NCBI GenBank assembly: GCA_964623265.1 | Contig: CAZUTK010000011.1 | Location: 1-52,659 of the forward strand | DNA: 52,659 nucleotides | From: an uncultured bacterium | GTDB taxonomy: Bacteria > Electryoneota > B3-LCP | Reading direction: 5' to 3' | Shown: one piece after another, positions 19,403-29,127 of the stretch | Numbering within the stretch: the stretch's first letter is position 1 | Layout: each line of letters starts with the position of its first letter | Translations under genes and position numbers: made by a program | The notes under the pieces: generated by a model | The model's database searches: none | What the model was told of the DNA's origin: nothing | What the model saw: only the letters and a program-made list of their open reading frames with translations

Positions 19403-20334
19403 TGCTGCAATAAATAGACAAAGGTATCTTCCAAACTCGGTTCCGCGACTTCTATCAGGGAAAAGGGGCATTTCCCGCCATCCAGGATTTGACGGATTGG
19501 ATCGCTCGCCTGCGCGCTTGCGCCGACGGCGACGTGGATCCGATCTCCGTAGATGTGCACTGAGGGGAAATCCCCCATCTGCCTCAGGAGATTCGCCGCT
19601 ACGTGCGGCTGCGGAGTGTAAACCCGCAGAAGAGCGTAGGGAAATGCCGCGGTGATCTGCTGTGGGGCGCCGCCGGCAAGGGCGCTCCCTTGATATATTA
19701 AAGACACCCGATCGCAGCGGGCGGCTTCATCCATATAAGGAGTGGTCACCAGCACAGTCACCCCCTCGCGGCGCAAGCCTTCTAAGATCTCCCAAAACTC
19801 ATTGCGGCTGACGGGATCCACGCCGGTCGTGGGCTCATCCAGGATCAACAGCTTGGGGGTGTGAATCAGCGTGCAGGAAAGCGCCAGCTTCTGTTTCATC
19901 CCGCCTGATAAAGCTCCCGCCTTGCGGTCGGAGAAGGGCGCCAGCCTGCTGAATTCCAGCAAACGTCGGGTCAATCGCTCCTCTTCGGCTTTCGGAACGC
20001 GGAAAATGCGGGCGAAAAAATGCAGATTCTCCGCTACGGTCAGGTCTGGGTAAAGCGAGAAGCGCTGAGGCATATAGCCGATATGCGCCTTGATTCGGTT
20101 CTGCTCCTGAATCGGATCAAAACCCAGCACCCGCGCGCTCCCTGCATCCGGAGTGATCAAGCCGCAGAGAATGCGCAAGAGCGTGGTCTTGCCGGCTCCA
20201 TCCGGACCGATCAAGCCGTACATTTCCCCGCGAAAGATCTCCAGATTCAGCCCTTGCAGCGCCGGTATATCGCCATAAGATTTGCGTAATTCCCGCACCG
20301 TGACAATGGGTGGATCCGATGCAATAGTCATCAT
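19399..20334 (-). CDS. ABC transporter ATP-binding protein, first ATPase.
   Basis: Walker A GPDGAGKTT, ABC signature LSGGMKQKL, Walker B LLILDEPTTGVD. Confidence 0.85.
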   Translation of the reverse strand: MMTIASDPPIVTVRELRKSYGDIPALQGLNLEIFRGEMYGLIGPDGAGKTTLLRILCGLITPDAGSARVLGFDPIQEQNRIKAHIGYMPQRFSLYPDLTVAENLHFFARIFRVPKAEEERLTRRLLEFSRLAPFSDRKAGALSGGMKQKLALSCTLIHTPKLLILDEPTTGVDPVSRNEFWEILEGLRREGVTVLVTTPYMDEAARCDRVSLIYQGSALAGGAPQQITAAFPYALLRVYTPQPHVAANLLRQMGDFPSVHIYGDRIHVAVGASAQASDPIRQILDGGKCPFSLIEVAEPSLEDTFVYLLQQ

Positions 20335-21224
20335 TTTATATAGACATCCGCAGGCATACCGATGAGCGCTTTCCCTTCGGGATTATCGAATGCCACTTTG
20401 ACCGCAAAAACAAGGTCTGCACGCGCGCGGCGGGTCTGCACGTTCTTGGGCGTGAACTCCGCCTTCGGCGACACCCAGCTCACACGGCCCTGAAAAACCT
20501 CCTCAGGGAGCGCGTCCACGCGCACCATTACGGCGGTGCCCGGCGCCACCATTCCGAGGTCGGCTTCCCCCATATAGATTTTGATCCAGAGATGCTTCAA
20601 GTCGGCGAGCTTCGCAACAGAGCCGTTCAGCAACAGATTTTCGCCGGATTCGACGTATCTTTCCAGCACCGTCCCGGAAATCGGCGTGCGAATCTGAGCG
20701 TCGCGCATTTGCAGATTGAGCAGATCCAGAGAAGCGTTGAGCTGTTCTTCTTTGGCATCCAGCACCGGCAATTGATCCTCCGCGGCTCGCAGACGCAGCG
20801 CTGCCGTCGCCGCTTGTGTGCTCAGATCATCCACGATCTGCTGAGTCGAACTGCCGGATTCGAGCAATTTCCTCTGTCTTTCCAGGTTCAGTTTCGCGTT
20901 GTCATATTGCTCCTTCGCCTGGGCGATTGAGGAGTGCGCCAAGCGGCGGTTCGCCGCGATTTCCTGCAAACCCGCGCGGGTTTGACGCAGCTGCGCCGCC
21001 AACTTGCTGGTATCCATCATCGCGATGAGCGCTCCTTCATCCACGAATTGCCCTTCCTCCACTTCCACAGCGCAGACGGTTCCCGGCACAAGAGTGCTCA
21101 CGATGATCTCGTCTGCTTCGAGCGTGCCGGAACCCAAGTAATTCTGCTTTTCCCCGCCGCGGCAGCTGAGTAACAGGAAGCCTAAAGCGGCAAGCAGCAC
21201 GCAGGTATGCGATTTTCTTTTCAT
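20331..21224 (-). CDS. HlyD/YbhG-family membrane fusion protein (periplasmic adaptor).
   Basis: Lipoprotein-like N-terminus (LLLSCRGG), long coiled-coil hairpin, beta-barrel C-terminus (RVSWVSPKAEFTPKNVQT..). Confidence 0.8.
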   Translation of the reverse strand: MKRKSHTCVLLAALGFLLLSCRGGEKQNYLGSGTLEADEIIVSTLVPGTVCAVEVEEGQFVDEGALIAMMDTSKLAAQLRQTRAGLQEIAANRRLAHSSIAQAKEQYDNAKLNLERQRKLLESGSSTQQIVDDLSTQAATAALRLRAAEDQLPVLDAKEEQLNASLDLLNLQMRDAQIRTPISGTVLERYVESGENLLLNGSVAKLADLKHLWIKIYMGEADLGMVAPGTAVMVRVDALPEEVFQGRVSWVSPKAEFTPKNVQTRRARADLVFAVKVAFDNPEGKALIGMPADVYIK

Positions 21225-21267
21225 ATTTTTCTCGGATTCATTATTGCCATTTCTGCAGCATCCGGTT

Positions 21268-22647
21268 TTATGGCTGAGCTATACCCAAAGCATATTTCAA
21301 AGCCGACCGCGCTAGGTGATAATCCGCCAGAGCCGCTATCCGATCGGCATCGCTGGCGCACACAGAATCTTGTGCATCCTGGAATTCCCGTTCCGTCGCG
21401 ACTCCTTGTGTATAGCGCGCTTCGACCCAGTTCAGCACTTCGCGCGCCAGCCGGGCTCCTTCTTCGGTGATTTCCAGTTTTCGCTTCGCATTATCCAGCG
21501 ACTTCCGCGCGTTCAACACTTGCAGTCGCACATTTGAACGAAGCAGCTGCTCCGATTCCTGCAACTGCCGGATCACCGCACGGGTTTGCCCCACTCGGAT
21601 TTTGCGCAGGTTCCAATCCCATAACGTCCAGCTTAGATTCACCCCGATCATCTCATAGAGCATCCATTCATTGGCGATTTTGTCAATTCCGGGTCTGCCG
21701 TAATCCACAATGCCGAAAGCGGAAAGCGCAGGATAATACGCTGAATGCTCCACGGCGGTTCTGTGCTGCGCCGCCGCAATTTGCGCTTCCAGCGACTTGA
21801 ATTCCGGGCGATGCCGAAACGCGTATTCTTCCGGTTGCGACGGGATTTCTTCTTGAAGCGTTTCCAGCGAATCCAGCTGTAATTCTTCGCCCGAATCCGG
21901 CAGGTCCAGAATTTCGCGCAGATTCATTTGCGCGATTTCGAAAAGGTTCTCGGCTTCTTGAAGTTTCTGCTGCGCCTGCAGGACTCCGAAATGCGCTCTC
22001 GCGGTAACTTCTTCCGGAGCCACCCCTGCCGCCATGCGCTCTTGCGCCTCTGCGAGATGCCGCCGGAGCCGTTCCAAGTGCAAACGCGCGGCGGATCGCA
22101 GAGCAACGGCTTTTTGAGCCTGCAGATAGGCTGCTTCTGTTTTTTGCAGGATCTGCAGGCGGACTTTTTCGTATTCCGCCTGCTGCTGACGGACCGCTTC
22201 CTGCGCCGCAAGAAAAGTGCTTTTCAGCCGGAATCCCGTGAACAGCGGCTGCGTGACTTGCAATTTGAAATCCACAGTATGGTTGTCGCCAAAACGGGTT
22301 TCTCTGCCCGGAATTACGGCGGAACCCAGACCGGGGAGAGCGACAGTCATCGGAGGCTGCTCGAAGCTCATCACATCCGAAGTATATAGATACGATCCTC
22401 CGAAATCCAGCAGAGGAAGCCGACGCCGATCCGCTTCTTGAATCTGCAATTCGGCAATATGAATCCATTCCGAACTGATGCGAAGCTCTTCCGCGGCTTC
22501 CAAAGCTCTCCGCAACGCTTCATTCCACGTCAGCCTCTGCGCCATGCACGGTGCGGCACAAAAGAAAGTCCACACAAGACCGATAACGATGCACGCAAAG
22601 GGGTGCATGCATTTCGGCACATCGTGCTTATGATTCTTCATGTCCAC
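21268..22647 (-). CDS. TolC-family outer-membrane efflux protein.
   Basis: Signal peptide plus two structural repeats of long coiled-coil-forming segments typical of the OEP family. Confidence 0.75.
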   Translation of the reverse strand: MDMKNHKHDVPKCMHPFACIVIGLVWTFFCAAPCMAQRLTWNEALRRALEAAEELRISSEWIHIAELQIQEADRRRLPLLDFGGSYLYTSDVMSFEQPPMTVALPGLGSAVIPGRETRFGDNHTVDFKLQVTQPLFTGFRLKSTFLAAQEAVRQQQAEYEKVRLQILQKTEAAYLQAQKAVALRSAARLHLERLRRHLAEAQERMAAGVAPEEVTARAHFGVLQAQQKLQEAENLFEIAQMNLREILDLPDSGEELQLDSLETLQEEIPSQPEEYAFRHRPEFKSLEAQIAAAQHRTAVEHSAYYPALSAFGIVDYGRPGIDKIANEWMLYEMIGVNLSWTLWDWNLRKIRVGQTRAVIRQLQESEQLLRSNVRLQVLNARKSLDNAKRKLEITEEGARLAREVLNWVEARYTQGVATEREFQDAQDSVCASDADRIAALADYHLARSALKYALGIAQP

Positions 22648-23284
22648 CTCGCTCTCCTGCCGACAAACCGTACAACAGCAAATCCAGGATATGCCGCCGC
22701 CTCTCCTCGAGGAAGTTCGGTTGATGCCTCCAATCCGGATTCATCACCTGAATCACATCTCTGGCGACGAACGGAAAAATGCAGAGCGCGACCATACTTA
22801 AGACCGCTTGATCCACGTTATGAGACTTGAATAAACCGATTTTTTGCCCATCCCGGAAAATGTCCTTCAGGTTGGAAACCAGATCTTTGCGCTTCTCATC
22901 CATAGGGCCGGCGAAGATCTTCTTCAGAATCACGGCTCCGCTGGTCAGCTCCCAGATCATAAAGCGCGGAAAATCGGGTTCACCACTTAAGAAATCGAAG
23001 TAGGTGCGGATGACGGCTTCCAGCCGTTTTTGGGGATCGGGATCGGATTCGGACGCCTTTTTCAGCCGGAAGAAAAAATGGATGAGCAAGGGCGAAACGA
23101 TCTGCTGATACAGCTCGTCCTTGCTGTGAAAATAATAATGCAGCATCGCCAGGTTCACCCCAGCTTCCCGGGCGATCTCCCGGGTGCGCGCCCCCTGACG
23201 ACCCTTTGCCAGAAAGATGTGGTATGCCGCCTTCAGGATGCGCTCCTTGGGGTTATGTCCAAGCTGTTCGTTCTTCTCTTCCAT
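22628..23284 (-). CDS. TetR/AcrR-family transcriptional repressor (CecR/YbiH-like) heading the efflux operon.
   Basis: N-terminal HTH ..RTREIAREAGVNLAMLHYYFHSKDELY.. at the first position of a seven-gene same-strand operon. Confidence 0.85.
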   Translation of the reverse strand: MEEKNEQLGHNPKERILKAAYHIFLAKGRQGARTREIAREAGVNLAMLHYYFHSKDELYQQIVSPLLIHFFFRLKKASESDPDPQKRLEAVIRTYFDFLSGEPDFPRFMIWELTSGAVILKKIFAGPMDEKRKDLVSNLKDIFRDGQKIGLFKSHNVDQAVLSMVALCIFPFVARDVIQVMNPDWRHQPNFLEERRRHILDLLLYGLSAGERGGHEES

Positions 23285-23291
23285 GAATCAA

Positions 23292-23339
23292 TCATATGAT
23301 TAAATCATATGAATAAAACAAATGATTAAATCATATGAC
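23292..23339. promoter_or_regulatory. Putative TetR operator. Three copies of the self-complementary octamer TCATATGA are arranged as a 21-bp near-perfect palindrome (TCATATGATTAAATCATATGA) plus a second AATGATTAAATCATATGA copy.
   Basis: Direct reading of 23292..23339, immediately upstream of the tetR start and in the divergent region with the 23522 gene. Confidence 0.5.
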
Positions 23340-23521
23340 TAATATACTTCTGTGAAAAAGAAATTGCAAGGTTTTTTTATCTTTTTTCAAACAGCAGCCG
23401 ATGGATTTCTGCGACGCGAGAATTGCGAGAATCGGCTTGAATGTAAAATCAGGGGATCTTATATTGGCGGTGTCTTACAACAAAAAAGCGACCGTTATCC
23501 ACTCTCTCATCAGGATGCGCC

Positions 23522-23782
23522 ATGAACGGAATGGAACGGGAGAAATTGATCTTCGAATTGAACGAAGAAAGCCTGACGCACATCATCAAGGAGGTCTGCC
23601 GTCTGCATCAAATTCCTGCCGGGAGCTTCTGGGTGGCGGTCTGTCATCGTCCGGATCACCCCGACAACAAACCCTACATCGGGAAGAAGCGGTCGGATCG
23701 CAAGGAAGCCATCAAGGATGCGATCGAGCACAATCGCCAATATGTCGGACATCATGCGGGTGTGATCGGACAATTCGACTGA
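23522..23782 (+). CDS. Hypothetical small protein (86 aa), divergent from tetR.
   Basis: High GC3 codon bias and an AGGA RBS 8 nt upstream; no recognisable family. Confidence 0.4.
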   Translation: MNGMEREKLIFELNEESLTHIIKEVCRLHQIPAGSFWVAVCHRPDHPDNKPYIGKKRSDRKEAIKDAIEHNRQYVGHHAGVIGQFD

Positions 23783-23803
23783 TCCGGTCCGTTGCGCCGA
23801 ATT

Positions 23804-24154
23804 TCAAAGCGGTGTCCCGCCTCGGCCGGTTTCCGACGACGTGATTTTCAACCGCCATAACTCTGCGTGAATTTTCGCCTTCCACGACAGTTCTTCCGCT
23901 TTATCTCGATACAACTTCGCAAGATTCGAATCCCCCAGGGAATGATAGACACTCGCCAACTGTCTGTATGGGAGCGGGAAATCCGGCACGAGAGCGATGG
24001 CTTCGTGCAGGCGTGCAATCGCCTCCTGCGGAATGCCGGCTTCTTGGTAGGCTTCACCCAGACGGCTTAACGACCAGGCATCCGATGGGTTCTCAAGGAT
24101 AGTTTTTCTTAAAGACGCGATGGCGTTATTCGGTTCTGTATTTTTCAAAGACAT
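23804..24154 (-). CDS. Small TPR-repeat protein (116 aa).
   Basis: Two or three TPR-like helical hairpins (..AWSLSRLGEAYQEAGIPQEAIARLHEAIALVPDFPLPYRQLASVYHSLGD..). Confidence 0.55.
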   Translation of the reverse strand: MSLKNTEPNNAIASLRKTILENPSDAWSLSRLGEAYQEAGIPQEAIARLHEAIALVPDFPLPYRQLASVYHSLGDSNLAKLYRDKAEELSWKAKIHAELWRLKITSSETGRGGTPL

Positions 24155-24182
24155 GACTCTGACCCCCTGGTTTCCTTTTTTA

Positions 24183-25031
24183 TCATTCGATCACCAACAT
24201 ACTGCGCATTTCCAGCTCATCCCTTTCGAAGGAAGAGATCCATTGCAGGGTTTCCACTTCCGCAAAAAACTCTTTTAGATCTCGGCGCCCTGCGTGAAAC
24301 TGGTTGATAATATAGGCGAATAGATCGGCGGTTTGCAGCCCGGGCGAGTGCGACGCCGGCGCGAAACAAGGAGTCGCGAGGATTCCCTGAAATCCGGAGC
24401 CGTAGGGCGTATTGAAAAAAAAATTCAACATTCCGGCGCTGCGCGTCCGGCCCCGGCCTGCTTCTTCGGATTTGAAAATCAGCTGCGCCTTGGTCCCAGG
24501 GTGATTCTCGAGCATAAAGGAATTGACCCGTTCGATCAAGTGCGCCAGCAGCAGGGGGCAGCTTTCTTCATCAAACCGATCCTCCGCCGTAAGCGCGCTG
24601 CGATGCATGCGGTCTGCGAATTCGGAAAAATCAGGCTGCTGGGAATCGGCGGCGGCGATTTTTGTAGAGGAAAACACGGTTATCTTCAACCACCGGCAGA
24701 GGCTGAACCATTCGCGCACGAACTCCAACGTTCGATAGCTGTCCATCTTCCGTCTGTTCAACAACTTTTTTCCGCGCAGCGGAAACTCGCCGATACCTTC
24801 GCGCTTGAAGAATCTGCCTTTAAGCCGCAGCAGTCTGCGACAGTAATCGTCGTGCGTTTCTTCCGGGACCGCGGCGCCGGCGATCGTGACGCAAGATGCG
24901 TTTTTGTCCAGGTGTGATTGTCGGCTTTCGTCCAAGAATACCAGCACTTTCCGTCCTCTTCTTGCTCTCAAATGCTCCCTGCTCCGTGCGTCGCATCCCA
25001 TTCGGCATCCGCCGGTTCTGCTCTGGTCCAT
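24183..25031 (-). CDS. DUF3800-family protein.
   Basis: N-terminal VLVFLDESRQ (the family's (I/V)Y(I/L)DESG motif) and a C-terminal GLQTADLFAYII (QxADLxA) motif. Confidence 0.55.
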   Translation of the reverse strand: MDQSRTGGCRMGCDARSREHLRARRGRKVLVFLDESRQSHLDKNASCVTIAGAAVPEETHDDYCRRLLRLKGRFFKREGIGEFPLRGKKLLNRRKMDSYRTLEFVREWFSLCRWLKITVFSSTKIAAADSQQPDFSEFADRMHRSALTAEDRFDEESCPLLLAHLIERVNSFMLENHPGTKAQLIFKSEEAGRGRTRSAGMLNFFFNTPYGSGFQGILATPCFAPASHSPGLQTADLFAYIINQFHAGRRDLKEFFAEVETLQWISSFERDELEMRSMLVIE

Positions 25032-25144
25032 CCTGAGTTAAAGCCTTACGGCTTTCTTCAGATCCGTCCCATCGAAGAAGAGATTGATCCGTAGAAGCGA
25101 ATCTTACCGGATATTCATCGCTTTTCCGGTCATTAAACAGGGGA

Positions 25145-25173
25145 CAACAAAAAATCCGGCGGGCGCCGGATTT
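25145..25173 (-). terminator. Rho-independent terminator on the minus strand ending the CHAT / sigma / anti-sigma transcription unit.
   Basis: 9-bp stem aaatccggc / gccggattt with loop gggc. On the minus strand it is followed by a T-run (the complement of the aaaaa upstream on the + strand). Confidence 0.6.
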
Positions 25174-25201
25174 CGTGCAATGCCGAATCAACGGATCGTG
25201 T

Positions 25202-26041
25202 TCACTCGATCCGCTTCAGCATCTCGGCGGCTTGCGCGGAATGCCCGCAGTTTTGCTCCACCAGCCATCTGAGCAGCGGGATCGCCCGATCCGGATCCGA
25301 TTTCAGCAGATACGCCTGCGCCAGATACCAGCGAGTTTTTTCCCGGAAAGTAAATTGGGTCAAACTATCCGCTGCGGTCAGCGCTTGAATCGCTGGATCC
25401 GCCTGCCGGTCGAGAAAATAACACACTCCTAAAAAAAGTCGGTAGATGCCGCTTTCCGGATCTGAATCTACAGCGTCTTTTAGAAACTTCACCGCGCTGC
25501 GGTAATCCCCCTTTTGGTACAACCGCATCCCCTCCTGAAACTGCGTCTCCGCCGCGTCGTCGGATTCGCCGCGGACGACGGACGCTTTGTAGGGGATCGG
25601 TTCGAACTGCAGCAACGATAAGTAGGGAGATGAAGATTCGGGCGAAGGTCGGAAAATGAACAGGAACAGCGCAGCCAGTACCACAGCACCTGCCGGCAGG
25701 AGGAATGCCAACTTGGGCTTGGACATCAAACGACGCAAGGAACGGACCCACAAGGTCCTGTCCTTGGATTTCGAACCGGTCGCTGCCGACAGTGATTGCA
25801 GGTAAAGGGCTTTCTGCGATTCGAAGGTCAGCCCTTCCCGTCGCAGGTTCTCGCGGATTTCAGCGCGCTTCTCCAGCAGAGCCGCCATCCAGGATACCTC
25901 ATCAGACAGTTCCCGGAAGCAGAAGTCGCAATCCAAGAGATGCTCTTCGAATCGTTCGCGGTCCGCATCGTTCAACTGCCCCAATTCGTACTGGATCCGT
26001 AGAGCGCCGGCTTTTTCATCTGTACAATTTTCCATACGCAC
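25202..26041 (-). CDS. ZAS-type anti-sigma factor with one TM helix and a periplasmic TPR-like domain.
   Basis: HLLDCDFC (H-x3-C-x2-C zinc-binding anti-sigma motif); TM segment LAFLLPAGAVVLAALFLFIF; C-terminal TPR-like repeats. It lies 7 nt downstream of the ECF sigma gene. Confidence 0.7.
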   Translation of the reverse strand: MRMENCTDEKAGALRIQYELGQLNDADRERFEEHLLDCDFCFRELSDEVSWMAALLEKRAEIRENLRREGLTFESQKALYLQSLSAATGSKSKDRTLWVRSLRRLMSKPKLAFLLPAGAVVLAALFLFIFRPSPESSSPYLSLLQFEPIPYKASVVRGESDDAAETQFQEGMRLYQKGDYRSAVKFLKDAVDSDPESGIYRLFLGVCYFLDRQADPAIQALTAADSLTQFTFREKTRWYLAQAYLLKSDPDRAIPLLRWLVEQNCGHSAQAAEMLKRIE

Positions 26042-26048
26042 CCTCAGG

Positions 26049-26645
26049 TCAGATGCTTTTTAAAAGCAACTCGCGAAGCTTTCTGCGACAGTCGAAGACG
26101 CGCTTGTCGAACGTGCCTCGTTGCAGGTTCGGTTCCAAGGTCCGAAAGATTTCCCATAATTCCTGAACCGTTTTCTCCTCCAGAATCCCCAAGAAAAACG
26201 TCCTGCAGAATAATGACATCCCCCGAATCGTCCGGCTAATGTGTTGAACCAGGTCTCTCGATTCGAGGCTTGCCGCAAAAGAGGCGCCCCATTCTGAGAT
26301 CACAGATTCTTGAACTCCGCGAGTCACTTCGGCAGACGGCGCTTCTGCAGGGATCTCCGTTCTTCGTTCCCTGCGCCGCAGCGCATCACCGATTTTGTTG
26401 CGAAGGATTCCATAAGCGAAATAGTGAGGGTTGGATTCTATTTCTGACAGCTTTTCGATAAACACCACCAGGGTGTTCTGGAGCAGATCATCCAGATCCG
26501 CGGGCGCCCATCCTCGTAATCTACATTGGAGAACCAGGCGCAATCTTACCGCGATCTCTCGACAGAGTTGATCCTTCGCCGCCGCATCACCTGAGCGAGA
26601 CTGCGCAAGCAGATCATTCCAATCTTTAGCTTCACCGTGAGGCAC
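26049..26645 (-). CDS. ECF (sigma-70 family, group IV) RNA polymerase sigma factor.
   Basis: Region 2 (..LLQNTLVVFIEKLSEIE..YFAYGILRNKIGDALRRR) and region 4 HTH near the C-terminus; 198 aa. Confidence 0.8.
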   Translation of the reverse strand: MPHGEAKDWNDLLAQSRSGDAAAKDQLCREIAVRLRLVLQCRLRGWAPADLDDLLQNTLVVFIEKLSEIESNPHYFAYGILRNKIGDALRRRERRTEIPAEAPSAEVTRGVQESVISEWGASFAASLESRDLVQHISRTIRGMSLFCRTFFLGILEEKTVQELWEIFRTLEPNLQRGTFDKRVFDCRRKLRELLLKSI

Positions 26646-26679
26646 GTATTGCTCGCTTCTATTACAGTGACCGTCACTT

Positions 26680-29127
26680 TCAATTCAGGGGACTTTCGTC
26701 CAAACCGCTGATCAGCACAAAGGGAGCCCAGGAACGCAATCCGATCTGCGAGCGACGACAATCCATCTGGGCGCGGCGCAGGGATTCCGCCGGCGGATAT
26801 TGACGCAAATAGCCGTAAAATTTCGTCATCAAATCCGCCGACGCCGCATCGTCCACCCCCCAGAGCGAAACCAGCACCGAGGCGGCTCCCGCCGCCAGAA
26901 AAGCGCGGGATATTCCGACCACTTCATCGCCGTTCGTCCGCCTTCCCATCCCGGTCCTGCAGGCGGAGAGCACGACCAAATCAGCTTTGATGGGTAGTTG
27001 GAAGATCTCATAAACTGATACATCTCCGTCCTGCTCTTGATCCGGCGCCAACAGAAGTTTGGAGAACAACGGATAGGCGGCGTTCAGGTCGCTGTGACAG
27101 GCGAGGTGGATCACATCGAAATCAGCCGCCAGCTGCAACAAGCGAGTCTCCGTCGCAGCTTTTCGCGTGAAGATTTTACTGACGGAGAAGTTTTTCGCGA
27201 TGGACTTCACTTCCCGTTCGGCGAAAGGCAGCGGCGGAAAATCCACATCGGCGATGCTCGGATTACCGAACGCCAGCAGGCTGTTGCGGCGAGGCGCGTC
27301 CTTACGGCGGAGGAACGTCAATGTCGAAGCCGAAGGTAAGACCGAAAAACCCCATCGGTCGGATACAAAATTCCCGCTCGGATCCCGCAGCGCGGAAAAC
27401 GGCACATAGTGCAAAATCCCATGCGGAATGAGGATGAGGCGACCGCCGCTGGGAAGATCGGCGCAAGGCGCAAGCAGGAGGTTGTAAAGAGCCTCGGGTA
27501 GGAATCGCGAATCCCCCAGGTACTGGATCTCGTCCCGCAGTCCGGTGACCAAATTCTTCAAGCTGTCACCGCCCACAGGTACTCGATAAAATCTTACATC
27601 ACGTTTCGTCACGTACCAGATCAGAGTTCTATCGCGGGCGATATAATACTCCAACAGGGCGGCATCCGGCGTCAACATTCTCTGAATTTCTTTCAACGTC
27701 AACGCTTCTACTCTGCCGGGGGAAGTCACCTCCGGCTCTTCGGATTTATCCTCGATTTCGTTGCTTTCACTCATAACAGAGCTTAAAATTGAGATGTTTT
27801 CACCGCCGGCCGCCAGCAAGTCCAAGAAAGAACGAGCCTTGCTGCGTTCGACATAATGAAACGCCGTCTCGCTGTCTCCCAGCGCGACGAGAGCCGTGAT
27901 GACCGCTTCATACAGATCCGCGCCGCTTGCGGCGAAGCTGGTCTTCTGCGCTTCGACTTGCAAGCGCGAACGCATATTTTCCAGAAGGTCCACAGCTTTC
28001 TTGTAATCCGTCACCGCAGATTCCAGCCGTCCCTGCGATAAATGGTAATTTCCCAGCGCCGCCTGCACCAGAAGAAGGTTTACTGAAATGCTATCTTCAG
28101 CAGCAAGCTTCAACGCACGTTGCAAATAGGTTTCGGCTTCTTTATACCTTCTCTGCGCGGCGAACAACGTTCCGAGGTCGGCGAGAGTCACGCATTCTCC
28201 GCTGCGATCCCCTAATGCCTGGCAGATGTCGAGATCCTGCTGATAATAATTCCGAGCCTCGTCGAAATCCCCCATTTTGAATGCGACATACCCGAGGTTG
28301 CTCAGTGCGATGCCTTCACCTTTGCGATCGCCTGCTGCTCGGCGGATCGTGAGACTCTGCCGATGGCGTTCAAGAGCATCCTCGAAACGACCCTGTGCCG
28401 CCAGAATCCCGCCGATGTTATCGAGCGTGGCGGCTTCGCCTTCGCGGTCTTCCAGATCCCGACTGATCTGCAAGCTCTCTTCGTAATAGGTCAGAGCTTT
28501 CTCATCATCGTACAGGAGATCGTACACCACGCCGATATTGTGCAGGGTGACGGCAACGCCCTTTTGATTGCCCAGTTCACGCTTCAGCTCCAGGCTGCGG
28601 CGGTGATACTCCAGTGCTCGGGTGTAATCCCCCAGAGATTTATAAGCCACACCCATATTGCCTAAGACTCGGCCGGCGCCGTCGCGATCCTCCAATTCCG
28701 TGAAGATCTTCAGACTTTGATTGTAACATTCGAGCGCCTTGAAATGGGACGACTGATCATCATACACCATGCCGATATTATTCAACGTATTCGCTTCCCC
28801 CCGGCGATCGCCCAATTTTCTGCGGATCTGCAGGCTCTGTTCAAAATACTGCACCGCTTCCGGGAAGCGAGAGAGGTTGCGATAGGCGACGCCGATATTA
28901 TTCAGGTTCTGCGCTTCGAGCAGCGGATCCCCGTGAGCCCGGGCGATCTCCAGGCTGCGCTGGTAATGCTGAATCGCCAGCGGGTACTGGGAAAGATCGT
29001 CGTAAATCCATCCGAGGCTCTTCAGCGTCTGCGCGATGCGCGGCGGATCATCCAGTTGTTCAAACTCCCGCAGAGCTTCCTGCCAGCTGTTCAGAGCTTC
29101 GGCGTAACGTTCCAGTTCGTATTGCAC
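26680..29127 (-). CDS. TPR-repeat CHAT-domain caspase-like protease. The annotated GTG start at 29127 lies inside a TPR repeat. The true N-terminus with its signal peptide is probably the ORF starting at 29420 in another frame, joined by a frameshift near 29315..29335.
   Basis: At least 12 TPR units in the N-terminal 400 aa. The C-terminal CHAT domain has the His/Cys dyad context ..VIHLACHSD.. and ..LVVLSACRTG... The upstream frame encodes MGSSQKVLRRSGAILMLVAAVSFIVWLAQQ (a classic signal peptide). Confidence 0.8.
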   Translation of the reverse strand: MQYELERYAEALNSWQEALREFEQLDDPPRIAQTLKSLGWIYDDLSQYPLAIQHYQRSLEIARAHGDPLLEAQNLNNIGVAYRNLSRFPEAVQYFEQSLQIRRKLGDRRGEANTLNNIGMVYDDQSSHFKALECYNQSLKIFTELEDRDGAGRVLGNMGVAYKSLGDYTRALEYHRRSLELKRELGNQKGVAVTLHNIGVVYDLLYDDEKALTYYEESLQISRDLEDREGEAATLDNIGGILAAQGRFEDALERHRQSLTIRRAAGDRKGEGIALSNLGYVAFKMGDFDEARNYYQQDLDICQALGDRSGECVTLADLGTLFAAQRRYKEAETYLQRALKLAAEDSISVNLLLVQAALGNYHLSQGRLESAVTDYKKAVDLLENMRSRLQVEAQKTSFAASGADLYEAVITALVALGDSETAFHYVERSKARSFLDLLAAGGENISILSSVMSESNEIEDKSEEPEVTSPGRVEALTLKEIQRMLTPDAALLEYYIARDRTLIWYVTKRDVRFYRVPVGGDSLKNLVTGLRDEIQYLGDSRFLPEALYNLLLAPCADLPSGGRLILIPHGILHYVPFSALRDPSGNFVSDRWGFSVLPSASTLTFLRRKDAPRRNSLLAFGNPSIADVDFPPLPFAEREVKSIAKNFSVSKIFTRKAATETRLLQLAADFDVIHLACHSDLNAAYPLFSKLLLAPDQEQDGDVSVYEIFQLPIKADLVVLSACRTGMGRRTNGDEVVGISRAFLAAGAASVLVSLWGVDDAASADLMTKFYGYLRQYPPAESLRRAQMDCRRSQIGLRSWAPFVLISGLDESPLN

